This document shows, in pieces, positions 37,792 through 51,917 of a stretch of DNA of 64,000 bases. A model generated the notes under the pieces. It saw only the letters and a list, made by a program, of their open reading frames with translations. It searched no databases and had not been told where the DNA came from. The stretch's first letter is position 1; every line of letters starts with the position of its first letter. The stretch is from Lama glama (Eukaryota): assembly GCA_028534125.1 (NCBI GenBank), contig CM052817.1:82338001-82402000 (forward strand), in the 5' to 3' direction. Both the position numbers and the translations under genes were made by a program.

Positions 37792-40633
37792 CTACTAATA
37801 CTATATACATTCTAGTTGAGAATAAATGCTGCTTTCTAGTGAGGTCTAGTATTCATTGTATGAGAGTGTTTTGAAAATAACGCATTCAAGATTATGGTGT
37901 TTATATTTAAATTGTTCAAAATAAATCCTAAAAACAAGTTAAATATGTTATCTTGTTAAAAGATGTGGTTAATTTGTACATTTATATAACTAAAGTCTAA
38001 CAAGTCTCAGTTAATACTTTGGAAACATTAAATGCAGAGTCCTGGCCAGTTTTCTCTGTGGATTGTATGATATCCTGCTCTGATACTTCATGCGGTGGGT
38101 AAGATCATAAAGTAAAGTTTTTGCACATGGACCATATTAAAAGTTATTTCAAGGGGAGGAGTTTGGCTACTTAGTCTCTAATTAGAATTTTTCAAACTTT
38201 AGCAGAAAATAAAAGTTCATAAATTCAGGGTCTTTGACATTTTGTAATATTTGCACATGGAAATGATCATATGAAGAACTACACCACCCAAGCAGCAGCT
38301 GTAAAAAAATAATGCTTTCAAAGAAAGTTTGGAATTAAGATGAAAATGTGAGGCAAAATCAAAAAGTAAAACTTAACATAGCACCAAAACAAAAGATATA
38401 TAGATTTTTCATGTATTTTTAGAGTAAACATTGAAATTAAAGATATAAAAAAGTTTTGTAAAATGAACTTCCCTGGACTTTTTACTACAGTGTTTCTAGA
38501 TTTGTGTATAAACACATCAAGTCCAAAAGGGCTCTGTGTAAAGTTGGGATTTACTTGCAACACAGATTCTGGCTCTTCCCCAAAGCACTTATAGTTTGTA
38601 GTACCCAAAATTCTTTGTTTTCTTTCATCATTTTTAACCAATCTACCTATCTGTAGACAGTGATTTAAGTAAAAATGATCTACAGCATTTAGTCTTATCC
38701 ATTATTGTGGATTTTCTATCCCTTTTTTATTTCAAATTCCTTTTATTATGCTTAAAGTGATCCTTTCTAAGGGCTGTCTCTACATTCCACATTCCTCTAT
38801 CATGTATGAGTAGTCTACACGTATCCTATAAAATGAGTTATTAAACTGAAACACTATTGGGAGTCTCCTGACAACTGAGAATATACTGCCTTGACTCTCA
38901 TAAGCAATATATTGATAAGCTATTATTATCACTTTCAAAATTATTTTGAAAAATATTGTTAACAAATATTCATCAGCTATTGGTTATGTGCCGTATCCCC
39001 AGGTAACATTTATTTAACCAGGAAAGTTTGGTTCATTTCAGAATTCAGAGTAATTTCTCTTCTCCTTGGGGCTTCTGTAACCCTTAAGATAAAAAGAAAT
39101 GACCCATACTTATGTGTATACCAATCCTCCTTCTCACTACTGTCACAGTGAATGTGGTTCTGTATCTTTAAAATGCATGCTTCCAATTTAATTGTCCAGT
39201 AAAATATTAGACAAGATGCTATATAAAGGTACAGTGTGAATATAATGGATATGACTATACATTCTAAGATAAATTAGCAAACATTTATTGTTTTATATAT
39301 TGAACTTTTTATGAAAATGTTTTGAATAAAGGAAAAACTGATAATAATATTTGAAAAATACTAATTTTGACCCAATTACAATTTTTGATTGCCAAATAGC
39401 TCATTTTCATATATAAGGGTCCATATAATGTTTTAAAACATGTTAAAATGAAGTATTTATTCCAGTAATTTTACATGATGATGGAGACAGGAAAGATTAA
39501 TTATTTTTTCTTAAATAAATTTTAGTTTCATCATTTTTCATGCTTACAGTCCTAAAGAGAAGGTGATTCATAAACCTGAATTAGTAACCAACAATTTGTT
39601 CCTCATGGGTTTTCATGACTATTTGTTAAAAAGATAATTATGCAGATGGTCATTTAGAAAAAAATTATCCAATAACATTTTTATGTGCTTTTATTTTCAT
39701 CTCATTTGCCAAAGTTAATCTATTGTTGCTCTTCTTAGAATTCTAATAGCACATTTCATTTTTGAGATTATCATTAGCATGTAAAGGAAATGATGATTAG
39801 AATATGTCTGTTTCTATTAGAAATCATCAAGCCCCTCATATCCACACATATTCCACATATAGAAATTTTTTAAAAGAGAAAGCAAGAAAAATGTATGAAT
39901 ATATTTGTACTCTGTAAAAATGCAGGTGTTATTTGTTGCCAAATCTTACATCACTAGATGTGGTTATAAGGTACCCAGAATCATGTTATGATTCCTGCAT
40001 TCTCAGACAGTTAGATATGCTTTAAACAACTTTGAAATTTTTCAGACTATTAGAAGCAAGGATAACTATTGTTTCATGTTTATGTTTTATATTCCAGAGT
40101 AAAATACATTCAAATAAATATTCTTTATGATTCTTTAGTAATTTTTAAAGTCAGCAGGATATATTTACAGTCATGAAGTGATTCACAATTGTAATTTCCA
40201 TTCACCTTTTCTAACCTTATAGACAGCTTTTAAATCAGTCATGCTTTATAAAACATTGCAATCTTTAGAGAAACGTGTGTGTATGACAACAAAGCTAACT
40301 TCTCTAAAAGATTATCTTCACCTAAGGAGAACCTTAACAACTTAACGGTACATTAAAACAAATGAGTATGTTGTTTCATCGCATCTGAATTTTATTTTAC
40401 CTGAATTAAGTAAGAAAAAGTTATCTGTTGAATATGAAGTACATGGTGATTGGCTACTAGATTGTCAGAAAATGATTCTGATTTTACATATAGCCAAAAA
40501 TTTTTAAATTTTAATAATTCCTCTAAAAATTCACAGGAGTAGAAATTTTATAATATCCTTTGAGTAAGTTTTAATTTTTATTTTTACCTAGGGAAGTGAT
40601 TCATCAATGTATCAACAAATCGATAGATCTAAT

Positions 40634-40656
40634 GTGTCTGTGTGTGTGTGTGTGTG
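40634..40656. repeat. (TG)n microsatellite
   Basis: Read directly. Confidence 0.85.
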
Positions 40657-41258
40657 CTTGCGCACCTGCATGTATGTACCCATAAATGCCATGGAAAAGA
40701 AGAAGATAAATTATAAGATGTATTTCTGATTATATTGCAATCAGATCATTCTTTTGGAAATTTTCATGTAGGTATGTACTATGTTAAAGTATTTTGAGAT
40801 ATTTTCATTGTAGTGGATAAATTATCAGTGTAACATAGCAGAAATATTACTGAATTTGATATCACAATACATAGATTCTAGTCCTAACTATCACATATTC
40901 ACTTACTGACTGTGTTCCTGGACTTTATTTGGTCCTTCAGTCTAAAATAATAATTTTTAACAAACTGTCATCATGTTTAGCACACTGTTTTACATGGAAC
41001 CAATTCTCTAGTAAGTACAAATGAATTAGAAGTGCTGCATTTAGATAGTTGGAGGATTATGTGTCTGCCACAATTGTACAAATAACAAAGAAAAAATACT
41101 TCAAAATATTTCTTGTAAGAATTCTTAACCATTGTGGTGAAACTTTGTTTTTTTTTTAACTTTCCTCAGATTGGTTGATGATCATTATAGACAGAACTTT
41201 GGGAGAAATTATCATCTATTTGCAGATGAAAAGTTACTCGCCATTTCAGTAAACAACA

Positions 41259-41492
41259 AATATAGTAGTTTATATCTGCTAATCCCAAACTCCTAATTTA
41301 TACTGTATATAAAACAGATAAACAACAGGGTCCTACTATATAGCATAGGAAATTATATTCAATATCTTGTAATAATGTATGATGGAAAACAATGTGAAAA
41401 AATACAGATATATGCATATATAAAACTGAATCACTTTGCTATATGCTAGAAACTTACACAATATGGTAAATCAATTACACTTCAATTAAAAA
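41259..41492 (+). mobile_element. Short L1 3'UTR insertion with a 5' inversion
   Basis: 41301-41492 is sense L1 3'UTR. About 41259-41300 is the reverse complement of the immediately upstream L1 segment (compare 55488-55530). Confidence 0.85.
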
Positions 41493-41514
41493 TATATATA
41501 TATATATATGTATA
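41493..41514. repeat. (TA)n derived from the L1 tail
   Basis: Read directly. Confidence 0.8.
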
Positions 41515-44369
41515 TTGCCCACCATCAAGCCATCCGCCACTGCAGCCACCTCCTAAAATGTGCCCTCAGGGGAATTCAGAATGGAGAAAAGCAGGATACT
41601 GGCCCTATATAGTTAAGATAGGTATCTAAGGAATAATTTCAATGAACCCAGACTCTTGCATCATTCCATACATAGAAAGGTACTAAAATTGTTAACTTGT
41701 CTGTTTTTTGTGATTAGCAGTAATCTTTTGATGTTTGACTACATTTTTTTTTTCCCAGCAAAAACCCTTATATATTCTGTCTCCTCCATTACCTCTTTGG
41801 CTGAGTTCCTCAGAGCTATACAAGAGGCTGTCTCCCACGCTATAGTTCTGTTATTTTCCCAAGTAAAACATAACTCACAACTTCTAGGTCGTGCATTTTT
41901 CTTCTGTCAGTATATTAAAGAGAATAGCTAATTTATTTAACTTTATTCTCATAGTTGACTCAGTAGTGATTTCGTTCTTATAAAAATATTTTTGACATTT
42001 ATTAAATATGCCAATATATGGACCATTTTTGGAAAGATTTAATGAGCTACAATTGTGAGTGCCTGAATTATTAATAAATATCCTGTAACAGAACAAGATA
42101 AAGGGAATGTACATATTAACTAAATTTTTCATTTACTGAGGAGCATGGCTTCCTCTCTTACTTCCTCTCTCTACAGTCTCCTCAGTTTTCTTTATGTTTC
42201 ATGGATGAACCCATGACTTTTCCTAAGTAGAAATGTGATGCAGTGTACTTTTTTGAGATCTGAACACATGAACTGATTTATGCCAATATGAGAAAACTAT
42301 TTTCTTTCCTTATATTGACATGTGTAAGAGAAGCTAAATAGTAATACTTTTGTCTTTGGCATCTACTCCACATCCTTAACTTTATTTGCTGTGTTTTAAT
42401 TAAGTAAATTATCCAGTAACAGGTTTAGAACAACACAGCAAAAAAAGTGAAAATACACAGAAAGTCCTCAGATATCCTTCCCTGTTTTGCAAGTACAATA
42501 GAAAAGATGCAACACATTTAAATGAATTTCAAAGATCATATGTACCGTGGGTTATATATTCACCTTATTTTTCCAGAATTGTGTTGGTAGTGCATTGCTG
42601 CACTCTTTTTACACCCTAATCATCCAGGCTGGTACTAATTGGTACATTTTGCTTGATATAATCCTATCTATCCTATGCAAAGCTAATGAATTAGGAATCA
42701 AATTTGACTTTGAAATAAGTCACTATCATAACTTGGGCAGTGTGAAGTTAATTTTTCCATTAGTAATTATTTTCTTTCTTTTAGTCAGTTTACAGTCATT
42801 AGTGAAGGCTAGAAATGGTACATAAAAGCTTAGGTAGACAGAGATAAACAGGAACTTTAAGTTATTCCTCTATTTCCCCTTAATAGGGATTATTTCAGTA
42901 TTTGAGTGCAATTGACTTCTTCCAGCTTTCATGTTCCTGGTCTGCATGAGGTATTGCTTATGGTTGTCACATCTCCTACTGTGGCTTTAAAAGTGATTTG
43001 AAAAGTCTGTTGTTTAAAACTCTCAGGCAGATGTTACTTTTACCACCACAGTCAAGCATGGCTCCTGTGTGTTTGACTTTCAAAATCCCTGCTAAGTTCC
43101 TTGCTGAGATCAGAAATGGTTTGTTTATTAAATCTATATCTTTACATAGTGTGGGGGGTCTAGAAAGAAATACCAGCTCTGTGACAGAATCCCAAGGGAA
43201 TATACACCTACTTAATCTTTCATCCAACACCATGTTCCAGTAACAAAGACATATGTCTAAATTTATGAAATGAACAAACAGTTTTTTGGCTTTCATCAGT
43301 ATCAAGTTGGTTTATTCAATATCAGGAATTTCCAGAGTAGACTCTACATAGTGTTTTGCATAGGAGGCTAAAATATAACAAAAGCATATTTTTATTGAAC
43401 ATGTTTGGTATAGTCTAACTATTCCATTGAGTTTTCATCACAAATAATTTTTGTATCCCCAACCCACATAACTTAAAGATGAGAAATGGTCTGTAATTAA
43501 CTTATGACTCTGTGTATTTAATTTAAACCATAATTTCAGTATAAATTGAAGACATAGAAAATTAGTATTATTAAGATATTAATTTACATGTTTTGAACTA
43601 CTTTAATGTAATTCAATTACCTGGCCCTGAATGTAGACAAAATAAAAACCAAAGCCCATGATATAATTTCTGCTGCAAAATACATTATAGTCAATGGACT
43701 CAACATTAAGAAAGTGTGATTGCATCAATATTCTATGCTCATTAATAATTAGTAATAGCAATGTCATTCCTTAATTAATATTCTCTTCAAAAAAGTAGAC
43801 AAGGCATTTTCATTATAAGAAATACAGGGAAAGAGAATTTCACCCCTCAGAGATAACCAAACATTATCTTTTGGTACCCATAATTTCTTCCTCTTAAAAG
43901 AAACAAGTTGATTTAAAATGATGTAGGTTTTATTTCCATTTATTATCAAAATTAATTATCAAATTTATAATTAGTGGAGTAATACATAACATTATCCTTA
44001 GTTTAACTGCGACAAGGATACCTTAGATGTAATTAAACATTTAGCAAGTATGTTTAATTACTGATGTTTAATTTTTTCACTCGTTAAATAATAACACTTA
44101 TGTTGAGAATGCTTATTTGTGAAATACGCATTGTCTGATGCATAGTCCCTGAAATCGTGATTAAAAAAAAAAGTAATAGAGTATTGTTCATAGAGTAAGT
44201 TTTAGTCCTAAATTCTGCCTGTAAATTATAAACTGAAATCGGTAATTTATTTCTGATACTACATGGCTTTTGTCTCCCTAAGAGGAAAGTCATCGCAAAA
44301 CTTTTTTATATAACCAAATTTTACTCCTCTAAGAGCAAGATGCTAATCTGTTCTACATAGATTTCTGCT

Positions 44370-44604
44370 AGGTGGAGACAGATGCAGACACTGCAACTAT
44401 TCTGCCACAAGCCAAGAGATGCTTGGGTCCAGCAGAGGCTTAAGAGGCAAAGAAAGATCATCTAGAGTCTTCAGAGGCAGTCTGGCGTGGCCAACACCAG
44501 GATTTCAGATTCCCAGCCTCCAGAATCATGAAAGAATAAATTTCTGTTGTTTTAAAGTCACACAATTATAGTACTTTGTTATGGCAACCCAAAGAAACTA
44601 ATAC
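44370..44604 (+). mobile_element. MLT1C/D MaLR LTR 3' part
   Basis: gccacaagccaag..aagaggcaaagaa..ctagagtcttcagagg..ggccaacacc..cagcctccagaatcatgaaagaataaatttctgttgttttaa..ttgttatggcaacc..gaaactaatac. Confidence 0.88.
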
Positions 44605-44609
44605 TAATA

Positions 44610-46830
44610 GTTAACTTAGAAAAGAAGAAAGTGTAATACTAGTGTTCTAAGATTTCATTTCAAATAGCTAGAAAAAAGATACCACCTAAGTAATGAGAAG
44701 GGACAAAACAATAAAGATATAAGCATAGATCTACAAACTAGGAAAAATGTTAAAGTCAAAAAATGATTCTTTAAAACTATTTTTAAGTGAAAAATCACTG
44801 GCAGGAGTGATAATCAACAAGAGGGGAACACAAATTACCACTAAAAGAAAAGAAAAAAAAGCTATTACAAACATTAAAAAGATACGAGATTTCATAAATA
44901 ATTTTATGTCAATAAATTTGAAATCTTAGACGAAATATAGTAATTCCTTAATAAACACAACTACCTAAAACAGAATCAAGGTGAACTAGAAAACATGAAT
45001 AGCCATATGTGTGTAAATATATATGTCTGTGTATATACATATGATATACCAGTGAATTTTATCAACCATATAAATAAATGGTTCCAAACTTATGATAAAC
45101 CTTTTGGAAAATAGAAAAGATGGAAACTCTTTGTAGCATTTCCTATGAGGTGAGCAAAAATCTAACATCAAGATATGATACAGATATTAAAGAAGAAAAG
45201 AAAATTACGGAACTCCAGCCTTAATGAACATATGCAGAAACATCTTTGAAAAAGTCAGTAAATCAAATCTAGCAATATAGAAAAAGGAGCAAAACTATCA
45301 TGCCAAGATGAGATTTAGCTCAGTGCTAGAAGACTGCCTTGACATTTGAAAATTTATCAATATATTCCACCTTATTAATAAAATAAAGGGAAGAACCTAC
45401 CAATGACCATTGACCATTTTAATAGATGCAATTTGGCACCCATACACAGTAAAACTCTCAGTAAACTGTGAATAGAGGGTACCTTCCTGACAACAATAAA
45501 GGATAGCTATGAAAAACCTAAAGATAATATCAAACATAATGGTGAAATATTGATTGCTTTCCCTTTGATTTAAGGAAAATAATGAATGACTGCCTTTTTG
45601 TTTCTGTTTAATATTGTCTGGAAATTCCAGCCCAAAATATAAGCAAAATGGATCAGGTAATAATAGGAACAATAAATAAAAACTAAAGAAATAAAGAAAA
45701 TAAAAGTTAAAAGTATAAAGATTAGGAAGGAAGATATAAAATAATTCTATTCACAGATGAGTCATTTACATAGAAAATCCTAAGAAAAATACAAAACAAC
45801 TATAGAATTAATGATTAAAATTAGCAAGACTGAAAGATTCACAATCATATAAAATTCAGTTATATTTCAGTGTAGTAGTAGTAAAAGTATTGAAAAATAA
45901 AAATTTAAAAATCCAATTCTTAATACTATTTAAAGTAAATTAACTAGAAATTAATATCATAAACAAGGTAAAATACCTGTTCATTGATAACTATAAGAAA
46001 TTACCAAGAAAAATTTTTAAATATTCTAATAAATGTAAAAATAAATGTATTCCTGGATTAGAAAACTCAATATTGTTAAAATTTCTATTTTCCGCAAAAA
46101 GAGTTTTATTGATATGACAAGTTTCTTTTTTCTAAAATTTACTGTAAAATATATATGGAAATGCAAAGAGCCTATATAGCTAAACAATCTTGAAAATAAA
46201 AACAAATTTGGACACCTTAAAATATTTCACTTCAGGTCTTATTATAATGCTGCACAGTCAGCTTAGTTTGGGCCTAAGGATAAATTAAATATAATCAATG
46301 GAAAGAATAAGGAATCCAGAAGCAGACCTACATTTAGAACGTAAATGGACAGAGGCTCCAAAGTAATTCATGGGATAAGAAAAGGCTTGTCAATGAAATT
46401 GCATTGAAACAATTGCATATCTAATTAAAAAAAAAAGAGTACCACTTCCCTCTTATAATTTGGGATGGATAATGAAATTATACATAAAAGCTAAAATGAT
46501 GAAGATTCTAGGAAAAAGAAATCAGGTATATGTCTTATCCCACAAATAGGCAAAAACATATTTTAGAGAGGACACACAAAGCAATAACTTTTTAAATAAC
46601 TTTATCAAAGAAAAATGTATAATCACTTAGACCTTATCAAAAGGCAATGTTAAAAAATTATGAAGCAAACCATGGACTAGAAGAAAATAACGGAAAAAAT
46701 CCAGAAGCTGATTAAACATAGACACACACAGAAAATTAATAATTGAAAGATGGACATCCCAATAAAGAAATGGTGAAAGATTGAAATAGTCATTTCAAAT
46801 AGGGATATTTGGAAGAAAGGAAGAGCCTTA
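44610..46830 (+). mobile_element. Old L1 (L1M4/L1ME-type) ORF2 remnant
   Basis: A-rich decayed ORF2: ctattcacagatga (LFTDD, RT motif) near 45747, tagaaaatcctaa, tcctggattagaaaactcaatattgttaaa, aatccagaagcagacctaca. Confidence 0.8.
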
Positions 46831-48165
46831 GAGAAAATAAATGAAGATAAAATAAAATCTTTTAGTTTTTTTCATATTCTTAATTGATATAACAGATAAC
46901 ACTTTGTTCATAATAATAATAGCAACAGTGTATTTGGTGATGGATGATACTTTATGGGTAAGTGAAATGAGTGACAGCAATACTTTAAAGGATAGATGAG
47001 TGGAACTGAGAAAACTCTGTTTAGAGGGACTTAAACTACCCATAATGTGGTATAGAGTTATTTGGAAGAGATCTTGAATTAGGTGTAAATGGAACGATTA
47101 AAACAAACAAAAAAAAGGAAAACATGTAAAAATAAAATGCATTTAAATTTTATTGAATAAAATCACTATGAGTCTATACTAAAATAATTCAAGGAATGAA
47201 TGACAGAAAACAGAAAGCTTTTTCTTGCAGATGTGTTCAGTAGATAGTGAAGGAATGATGGAGTGATGTGATCATCAATAGATTGTAAATCTACTTGATG
47301 AAAATTTGACTAGGATTCAGGATATTTATATTACTTTATCTCCCTAAATTGTGAAATTATCAAATTTAATTAAATATCAAATATGAGTTTAATTTGTTAA
47401 CTAAAATGAAACAATAATAGCTACCAGACACTATAATAGCAAAATAATAAAAATTCACATTTGCTATATTGTGGCAAACTGACACCCTGTGCTTTCTGAT
47501 AATGATGGACTGAAAAAGAAAATATTATCAATGCAGTAGGATTTTTGCCAAAAATGCATAACCTGAATACATTTATGAGATAGCTTCAGACACACTCAAA
47601 CTGAGAGAAATTCAATAAAGTAACAGGCCTGCACTTCTCAAACAAGTCAGGGTGAAAAAAAAAGAGACAAACAAAAGCTGAAGAAACATTCCAGACTGGA
47701 CAACTGAATGTAGTGTGTGATCTTGAATTGGACCATGGGCCTGGGGGAGAAAGCTATAGCAGCTATATAAAAATAGCTATTATTTGCACAATTAATGACA
47801 TTGGAATTTGAATTGTGGGTTAAGTAATAATATTGTATAAATGTTAAATTTTCTGATATTGATAATTGTACAGTTAAAATGCATAAGAGAATGTCCTGGG
47901 TCTAAGGAAATACATACATAGAAGATTTTAGGGGTAAGTAGGCAGAATGTTTTCAGCTTACTCTCAAAGTATTCAGAAAAAATAGACTAGATAGATAGAG
48001 ACATAGACTTTGTAAATGGATGGATACATAGGTAGAAAAAAGGAATGATCCATGAGGGAAAATGTAAACATTTGGTGAATCTAGGTAAGGTATAAATGGG
48101 GGTTTTTGTATTCTTATCACAACTTTTCTGTAAATTTGAAGATCTATTAAGATTAAAATGTATGA
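46830..48165 (+). mobile_element. Old L1 fragments ending in an L1MC4/5-like 3'UTR
   Basis: ttgccaaaaatgcataacctgaat..caactgaatgtagtgtgtgatcttgaattgga..aatgttaaattttctgatattgataattgta..aacatttggtgaatctaggt..aacttttctgtaaatttgaa. Confidence 0.75.
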
Positions 48166-48424
48166 ACCCAAAATACACTAATTGATTCTTCTTAATTTCT
48201 GAAAATTTGAAAGTAGCAGCAACATGCTGTAACTATGTTATGAATAAATTTACTGATAGAAAAATGTAAAATATATTAAGAACATGAAAAATTGTAAAAA
48301 TTTTTCTAGAGACAAAATAAATTTATTTCCAGATTTACCACTTATTTAACAGATCTCCCTGAAACATCACATTATGTGGAAAGAAAAAAGGGTTTGAGGG
48401 GAAAGAGCAAGAGAAACAGGGAGA

Positions 48425-48615
48425 AGGTTATTATCTGTATTCCTACATTTAATTTAGAAGAATCTTTAGCTTATGTTTTATTACCCAGTTTTCAGATTTA
48501 AAAAAATTAATTTATAAAGATTAATTATATTATCCAAATCCACAAAGTATAACTTAGTTTGTAGCTAGCAAGTGAATCCAAGTGTTTCTGACTCCAAATC
48601 CATGCTCTACTCGCA
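48425..48615 (-). mobile_element. MIR SINE (degenerate)
   Basis: ttattacccagttttcagat..gaatccaagtgtttctgactccaaatccatgctct. Confidence 0.55.
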
Positions 48616-48639
48616 ATACCTAAAACAAGGGATTTTTTA

Positions 48640-50265
48640 AACTGGTAGGTTTATTTATTAAAATATAGTTTACAAACATTTATTTATTCAAAATATGTAT
48701 TTTATGCTCATTTTTTTTAAAAATACAAAATCAAAAGGTATAAAACTGTCTACAGTGATAAGTACATCCTGTCTATAGTCTGGTCCATATTTTTACTAAT
48801 TCATATTCCTAGTGATAGTCTTAACTGTATGTAAGCATATATGTATATATCACTTTTACTTATTTACATAAGAGGTAAATCATGGTTCCAAATCTCACTT
48901 TTCATTTGCTTAACAATATATCTTAACATGTATTTCAGTAGTGTATTCTGTAAATCTTAATCAATACATATTACATCCCATATTTTAAAATACAAGGTCT
49001 CCAGTTAATATTCAGTTTGGTTGCTTACACACTTTGAAAATCAAGCAATGCGGCAATGAATATCCCTTACTCACATTTATTTATATGTGTCTGCATACAA
49101 GTATTTCTACAAGATATATTCTATAATTAAAATTTCTTGTTCAAAAAATATATGCCATCATAGTTTTATATTATCAAAATGCCTGCTAAGGATAGCATAC
49201 TATTTGATATGGCCAAAAGGTACATCTAAGAATATCTGTTTCCCGACTCCTGAAAATACAATATTACAATTTGATATGGAAGTTTTTTCTCAGTGTATTT
49301 TTAATTTTCTATCCTTTTTAATTTCACAAAGGGGCTGATTTTTGTTTCGTGAATTCAAAAGCCAGTATATCTATTTCTTGCTGGAAAAGTCTTAATTCAT
49401 GCCTTTCACTCATTTTATGTTCTTTGTCAATGTATATTTTCTTATTTTCAAATTCTTTATATTTTAAGTATATTTTACTGATATTTTTCTTACTCAGTCT
49501 TCTGTCAGTAATATTGTTAAGTTGGTCTTTTGGTTTTTCAATGTATACATGGTATCTTCTATGGAGAATTTTACTTTTATTAAATCACATTATTTAATCT
49601 TTTCTGTAATGAATGTCTGTGTACCATCCCTAGCAAAGACTTCTTTGCTGTCATATGAAATGTAAGTCTTCAGTATTTGCTTTTATTCTTTCTTTACTTT
49701 CATTTCTATTTTGTATTTTTCTAGAAGTTCTTTTGCTTAAGAAGTGAGTCAGCTAGCCAAGTGTTATTTCCTATGATTATTAAGTTGTCCCTACACCATT
49801 TCTATACTCTTTTGGAGTATTCTTATTATTTTTATTTCTACCCATATATTTGGGTCTATTTCTGGTCTTTGTTATATCACTCTTTCTACTTCTGCACCAG
49901 GAGAGAACAACTTTAATTGCTTTAGCTTTATATACTTTAAATAAGACATCATCTGTCCTTTACCTTTTATTTTTCCCCTCGTAACTATTTTCCAGAATTT
50001 TTCTGGTTATTTTTATACATTTTCTAAATTTATGTTAGAAATATCTCTTATTCCAAAAAAAAATTGTATGAATACTTTTAATGATACATTATTAAGCTGT
50101 AAAATAACTTGCGAAGAGTTATCATCTGCAAAGTTCAAAGTCCTCCATTCAAAGAAGAGCACTTATCTTTCAATTTATTCAAAATTCTTATACCCATCAG
50201 TAGCATTTTATACTTTTCTTGTTAAGTTTATTCCTGGGAATTTTTGCCTTTCTGCTGTTCTAAAT
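48640..50265 (-). mobile_element. Old L1ME-type fragment
   Basis: T-rich antisense L1 text: caatgcggcaatgaatatccct, agttgtccctacaccattt, catatatttgggtctatttctgg, ttgttaagtttattcctg. Confidence 0.65.
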
Positions 50266-50370
50266 AGTGGCAGGCTTAGCAGTTGCCCCTTGTGTTAAAT
50301 TCAATAGCTTCTAAACTTCAATTTATGTCGTCATCCTTGGGTGTGGCCTTTGGGTAAGTTCTAAATGCTT

Positions 50371-50699
50371 CAAAAGAAATAGACTCATGGACAGAGAATA
50401 CAGACTTGTGGTTACCAGGGGGGTAGAGTGTGGGAAGGGATAGACTGGGATTTCAAAATTGTAGAATAGATAAACAAGATTACACTGTATAGCACAGGGA
50501 AATATACACAAAATGTTATGATAAATCACAGAGAAAAAAATGTGACAATGAGTGTGTATATGTCCATGAATGACTGAAAAATTGTGCTGAACACTGGAAT
50601 TTGACACAACATTGTAAAATAATTATAAATCAATAAAAAATGTTAAAAAATAAAAATAAAAAATAAATAAAAAGATCATTTGTTTGATTTAAAAAAAAA
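50371..50699 (+). mobile_element. Young lineage-specific L1 3'UTR fragment with a bipartite A tail
   Basis: Aligns end to end by eye with 22895-23180. The tail is followed by gatcatttgtttgattt and a second A9. Confidence 0.9.
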
Positions 50700-51917
50700 G
50701 CCATACGAGACATATTAAGAATAAGAAATTGGTTCAAATTGAAGACTCAATAGCAATATATACAAAGGATTCACTCTAAGAGAGTATTTTGTGTTGTTGT
50801 TGTTATTCTTTTTAATGCAGCAGATATGCCCATGCCTAAGAGAATTAGCAGCATGTTAGGGACATATATAAGGTCTGGGCTTGAGATCAGGGATTTAATT
50901 CTACAATCTGGGCATATTAGGTGGTAATGGACGTGAGTTAAAGGGGGCAGTGCTTAAGAAGAAGACTTATCTGTTTGGCTAATTTCATAAATTATTGTAA
51001 AGAGTTATAAAAAGGAGTCCTGTGTCTTGACATTTATGTACAAAACCAGCAGTACATCACTGTGTACTACACATTGGTTATGAATCTGGTTGGATGGTCC
51101 AGCAGGGGACAGAAACCTGAAAAATTTCATAACTATAGTTGTTATACATCCACCCCAGCCCCCAACATACATACAAAAACTCATTAATCTAAAAACAAAC
51201 CAAGAAAAGATTATTTTATACTCCCCCACCTATCTGAATACTGTCTTAAATTCCCCAAAATGAGAGAAACTGGAGCAAAAAGTAAGTGAAGACTACTAAT
51301 ACAATTCAGCTCTTTTCCTTGTCATATGTTGTGTTGACTTGGAAACTGAAACAGGCTTAATCACTGGATCAAGCTGTGAGAAACAAGAAAGCAGAGGTGG
51401 AGAAAATACGTACTAGAGCTATAGCTCAGTCTCTGTGCCTTATTCCTTGTGGCTTCCCCAATGGTCATGAACTGCAGGTACCTGCTCGGCAAACATATTT
51501 AACACTGCTCCAGGAGTCATCCCTGTGATGACTTTCATTACACATCCAAAAGACAAGCCTAAATGTGTTTATGTGTTTTTGCTTTTATTACAATGGAGAG
51601 TCCCATTTAGTAAGTTAAGAATTCTCCATCCGGACCAGAGAGCAATTTGAAAAATAAATATATCTATATAATTAAATTCCAAAAGTGAGAGCATTTGAAA
51701 ATGTGTTGTTTAATTTACAAATATAAGAAATTTCTCTACATGGAACTAAATTACTTACTACAGTATATAATACATTTCTTTTCAGCTTTCCATGGAATGT
51801 AGGCATTTTCCAAGAATGAGCTTTATGAATGAAGCCATCTATATAATGCCACCTTTTTATAGGACTCCAATAGTAATAAGGCAGTATACAGTCAACAGTA
51901 TTTTAAACAAAGAGCAT

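Larger units (their letters stand above)
41221..41912 (+). mobile_element. ERV1-type solo LTR interrupted by a short L1
   Basis: TATA-like cttatatatt at about 41768, then cagagctatacaagaggctgtctccc and a 3' end aagtaaaacataactcacaacttctaggtcgtgcattttt..tcag resembling artiodactyl ERV1 LTRs. 5' boundary approximate. Confidence 0.7.
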
